A stretch of DNA of 64,000 bases from the human T2T-CHM13v2.0 reference genome, Homo sapiens: assembly GCF_009914755.1 (NCBI RefSeq), contig NC_060948.1. The stretch is one strand, 5' to 3'. Positions 58,028 through 64,000 of the stretch are shown piece after piece. A program made the position numbers and the translations under genes. Every line of letters begins with the position of its first letter. The stretch's first letter is position 1. The notes under the pieces are model-generated. The model saw only the letters and a program-made list of their open reading frames with translations, was not told the DNA's origin and did no database searches.

Positions 58028-60131
58028 AGATCCATATTTTTTAAATGAAAAAAAATTTCAAAGGTACTCTGCTTGGTACAATAATCAAATGTATAAACTG
58101 AGGAATAAAACATAACCATGAAACCTACTTATAACTGCATATGGAAAATACAGAGGATAATTTTTTAAATAACATATTTTGAAAGCCTTAACTAGTAATT
58201 TGAAGAGTTGGCATTTGAAAGGCCAGTATGAATATACCTTCAAAGCAGCAACACAGGTTCCCCATGAGAAAAAGCAAACTCAGGGAAAATAAAACCACAA
58301 AGGTTCAATCTCTTCTGACCTTTGAAAGACACAGCACAGACAGTGGTCCTTAGGACGAAGAGCAGGAGACCCCTAATTCCGTCACCATGGCGATAGGGCA
58401 TAAACATTGCTGGGTGAGGGCACAATCCACATTGTGAGGTCCAACTGCTGCCAGGAAGACAGGAGTGCTTTTACATAGACCGAAAGGTCATTGAAGGCTC
58501 AGAGTTTTGTTTCAAGAACTGAATCCCAAGCCCAAACGTTATTAGGCTGCGCTTCTTAAAACAAGTTATGAGATGGGAAAAAGGGCACCCACAAAAATAC
58601 GTATACATTATGTATATAATAATATACAGTATCATATATATAATATATATAACCCATGTATAATATTGTTTTACATCCTGCATCTTATATTATATATATT
58701 TTATAAAATATAATAATTGATAATATATAAGTTTTATATTTATACAATATGACATATAGTATATATTATAATTTATGACATATATAATATATGTTATATA
58801 TCATATATAGAATATATTATACGGTTAATATACGTATTAAATACAAATTATACATTATATATATTATATATAATATATCTGCTATATATAATAACCATTA
58901 TGCATAATATATATATTATGTCTATGTTATATATAGTATAAAACAACATATAATAATATATAATTGTATATATAAAATGCGACATATAATATATATTATA
59001 TTTTATGACATATGTAATATATATTATATATTATATATAATACGTTGTATGTATAATACCTATATTAAATATATATTATATGACTATGTTATTAATTACA
59101 TGTCACATGTGTTATATATTCTTTATTTTACACAGAATATACCGGTTACATACAATATATACTATGTTACCTACAATGTATAATTTATTACATGTAAAAT
59201 AAAGAATGCAATATATTATGTATAATTTATAATATACAATATGTGGAATGTGATATACATAACATATAATATATGATATAGGATATAGAGTATATGATAT
59301 ATAACATACAATATATGATACCTAATATATATGGTATACAATATATATTTTATGATATGTATTCTCTATGTTTTATATTCTGTTATAGATAACTATTTGA
59401 AATTATATATAACTGTATAATATTTTATGTAAATATGTAATATAATATATATAAAAATATAATATATTATATATAACTATATATAATGTTATATATACTT
59501 TTATAACATAATTTACATAAAATATCATGATATAATATATATTATATTATTTCATATTACATAATATATATTACATATCACCCAATATAAGTAACATACA
59601 TAATATTATAATATAGATTTTATTATGTTATATTAAATATCATATATGTCATGTATCATATATTCTATAATATATATTATACATTATATAATATGTATGT
59701 TGTCTATTATGTGATATATATAACTATATATATAATTATATTATTATACATATAACTAGATAAACATGAAATTCTACATATTTTCATTTATAATATATAG
59801 AATTATATAATCATATATAATTATTTATATTCTATAAAAATTATATCATTATATAAATTATAATATATAAAAATTATAATATGTACTACAAATATATATA
59901 TTATATATCATATATGATATAGTACCTTTGTTATATATCATAATACATATAAATGTGTATTATGTCATCTATAATTATATAATTTCATATATAAGATGTA
60001 TAATATGTATTATATATTATATATGTTATGTAATATATATAGTATATATAAGATGACACAGGATAAATATTATATACTATGACATATAAAATATATGAGG
60101 TTATATGTTACATATAAGGCATAGCACATAA

Positions 60132-60446
<315 letters not shown>

Positions 60447-62574
60447 AGATCCATATTTTTTAAATGAAAAAAAATTTCAAAGGTACTCTGCTTGGTACAA
60501 TAATCAAATGTATAAAATGAGGAATAAAACATAACCATGAAACCTACTTATAACTGCATATGGAAAATACAGAGGATAATTTTTTAAATAACATATTTTG
60601 AAAGCCTTAACTAGTAATTTGAAGAGTTGGCATTTGAAAGGCCAGTATGAATATACCTTCAAAGCAGCAACACAGGTTCCCCATGAGAAAAAGCAAACTC
60701 AGGGAAAATAAAACCACAAAGGTTCAATCTCTTCTGACCTTTGAAAGACACAGCACAGACAGTGGTCCTTAGGACGAAGAGCAGGAGACCCCTAATTCCG
60801 TCACCATGGCGATAGGGCATAAACATTGCTGGGTGAGGGCACAATCCACATTGTGAGGTCCAACTGCTGCCAGGAAGACAGGAGTGCTTTTACATAGACC
60901 GAAAGGTCATTGAAGGCTCAGAGTTTTGTTTCAAGAACTGAATCCCAAGCCCACACGTTATTAGGCTGCGCTTCTTAAAACAAGTTATGAGATGGGAAAA
61001 AGGGCACCCACAAACATACGTATACATTATGTATATAATAATATACAGTGTCATATATATAATATATATAACCTATGTATAATATTGTTTTACATCCTGC
61101 ATCTTATGTTATATATATTGTATAAAATATAATAATTAATAATGTATAAGTTTTATATTTATACAATATGACATATAGTATATATTATAATTTATGACAT
61201 ATATAATATATGTTATATATCATATATAGAATATATTATACGGTTAATATACGTATTAAATATAAATTATACATTATATATATTATATATAATATATCTG
61301 CTATATATAATACCCATTATGCATAATATATATATTATGTCTATGTTATATATAGTATAAAACAACATATAATAATATATAATTGTATATATAAAATGCG
61401 ACATATAATATATATTATATTTTATGACATATGTAATATATATCATATATTATATATAATACGTTGTATGTATAATACCTATAATAAATATATATTATAT
61501 GACTATGTTATTAATTACATGTCACATGTGTTATATATTATTTATTTTACACAGAATATACCGGTTACATACAATATATACTATGTTACCTACAATGTAT
61601 AATTTATTACATGTAAAATAAAGAATGCAATATATTATGTATAATTTATAATATACAATATGTGGAATGTGATATATATAACATATAATATATGATATAG
61701 GATATACAGTATATGGTATATAACATACAATATATGATACCTAATATATATGGTATACAGTATATATTTTATGATATGTATTCCCTATGTTTTATATTCT
61801 GTTATATATAACTATTTGAAATTATATATAACTGTATAATATTTTATGTAAATATGTAATATAATATATATAAAAATATAATATATTATATATAACTATA
61901 TATTGTGTTATATATACTTTTATAACATAATTTACATAAAATATCATAATATAATATATATTATATTATTTCATATTACATAATATATATTACATATCAC
62001 CCAATATAAGTAACATACATAATATTATAATATAGATTATATTATGTTATATTAAATATCATATATATCATGTATCATATATTCTATAATATATATTATA
62101 CATTATATAATATGTATGTTGTCTATTATGTGATATATATAACTATATATATAATTATATTATTATACATATAACTAGATAAACATGTAATTCTACATAT
62201 TTTCATTTATAATATATAGAATTATATAATCATATATAATTATTTATATTCTATAAAAAATTATATCATCATATAAATTATAATATATAAAAATTATAAT
62301 ATGTACTACAAATATATATATTATATATCATATATGATATAGTACCTTTGTTATATATCATAATACATATAAATGTGTATTATGTTATCTATAATTATAT
62401 AATTTCATATATAAGATGTATAATATGTATTATATATTATATATGTTATGTAATATATATAGTATATATAAGACGACACAGGATAAATATTATATACTAT
62501 GACATATAAAATATATGAGGTTATATGTTACATATAAGGCATAGCACATAACATGTAATATATATCATATATAA

Positions 62575-62866
<292 letters not shown>

Positions 62867-64000
62867 AGATCCATATTTTTTAAATGAAAAAAAATTTCAA
62901 AGGTACTCTGCTTGGTACAATAATCAAATGTATAAACTGAGGTATTAAACATAACCATGAATCCTACTTATAACTGCATATGGAAAATACAGAGGATAAT
63001 TTTTTAAATAACATATTTTGAAAGCCTTAACTAGTAATTTGAAGAGTTGGCATTTGAAAGGCCAGTATGAATATACCTTCAAAGCAGCAACACAGGTTCC
63101 CCATGAGAAAAAGCAAACTCAGGGAAAATAAAACCACAAAGGTTCAATCTCTTCTGACCTTTGAAAGACACAGCACAGACAGTGGTCCTTAGGACGAAGA
63201 GCAGGAGACCCCTAATTCCGTCACCATGGCGATAGGGCATAAACATTGCTGGGTGAGGGCACAAACCACATTGTGAGGTCCAACTGCTGCCAGGAAGACA
63301 GGAGTGCTTTTACATAGACCGAAAGGTCATTGAAGGCTCAGAGTTTTGTTTCAAGAACTGAATCCCAAGCCCACACGTTATTAGGCTGCGCTTCTTAAAA
63401 CAAGTTATCAGATGGGAAAAAGGGCACCCACAAAAATACGTATACATTATGTATATAATAATATACAGTATCATATATATAATATATATAACCCATGTAT
63501 AATATTGTTTTACATCCTGCATCTTATATTATATATAGTATAAAATATAATAATTGATAATATATAAGTTTTATATTTATACAATATGACATATAGTATA
63601 TATTATAATTTAGAACATATATAATATATGTTATATATCATATATAGAATATATTATACGGTTAATATACGTATTAAATACGAATTATACATTATATATA
63701 TTATATATAATATATCTGCTATATATAATACCCATTATGCATAATATATATATTATGTCTATGTTATATATAGCATAAAACAACATATAATAATATATAA
63801 TTGTATATATAAAATGCGACATATAATATATATTATATTTTATGACATATGTAATATATATTATATATTATATATAATACGTTGTATGTATAATACCTAT
63901 AATAAATATATATTATATGACTATGTTATTAATTACATGTCACATATGTTATATATTATATATTTTATATAGAATATACCGGTTACATACAATATGTACT

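Overview
The whole 64-kb window is one uninterrupted, single-orientation tandem array of about 26.4 copies of a ~2.42-kb unit (periods 2415-2420 bp). Each unit has three parts: a ~570-bp moderately GC-rich HSATI-like segment, a ~1.55-kb extremely AT-rich degenerate (TA)n/TATAA segment, and a ~290-bp minus-strand Alu that is slightly 5'-truncated and carries a 16-bp internal duplication. This architecture, plus a predicted 2146-bp HaeIII fragment per unit, matches human satellite HSat1B/DYZ2. The most likely source is Yq12 heterochromatin, although related arrays exist on acrocentric short arms. No credible protein-coding gene, CRISPR array or other prokaryotic system is present; all ORFs in the track are recurring artefacts of the repeat. 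The informative signal is the array's internal history: a near-identical left block, two interdigitated unit subfamilies, a recent 7257-bp trimer duplication, an older ~9.67-kb four-unit offset relationship, mosaic units and one hyper-divergent patch. I found no evidence for a new biological system. Units are numbered 1-27 by their HSATI segment.
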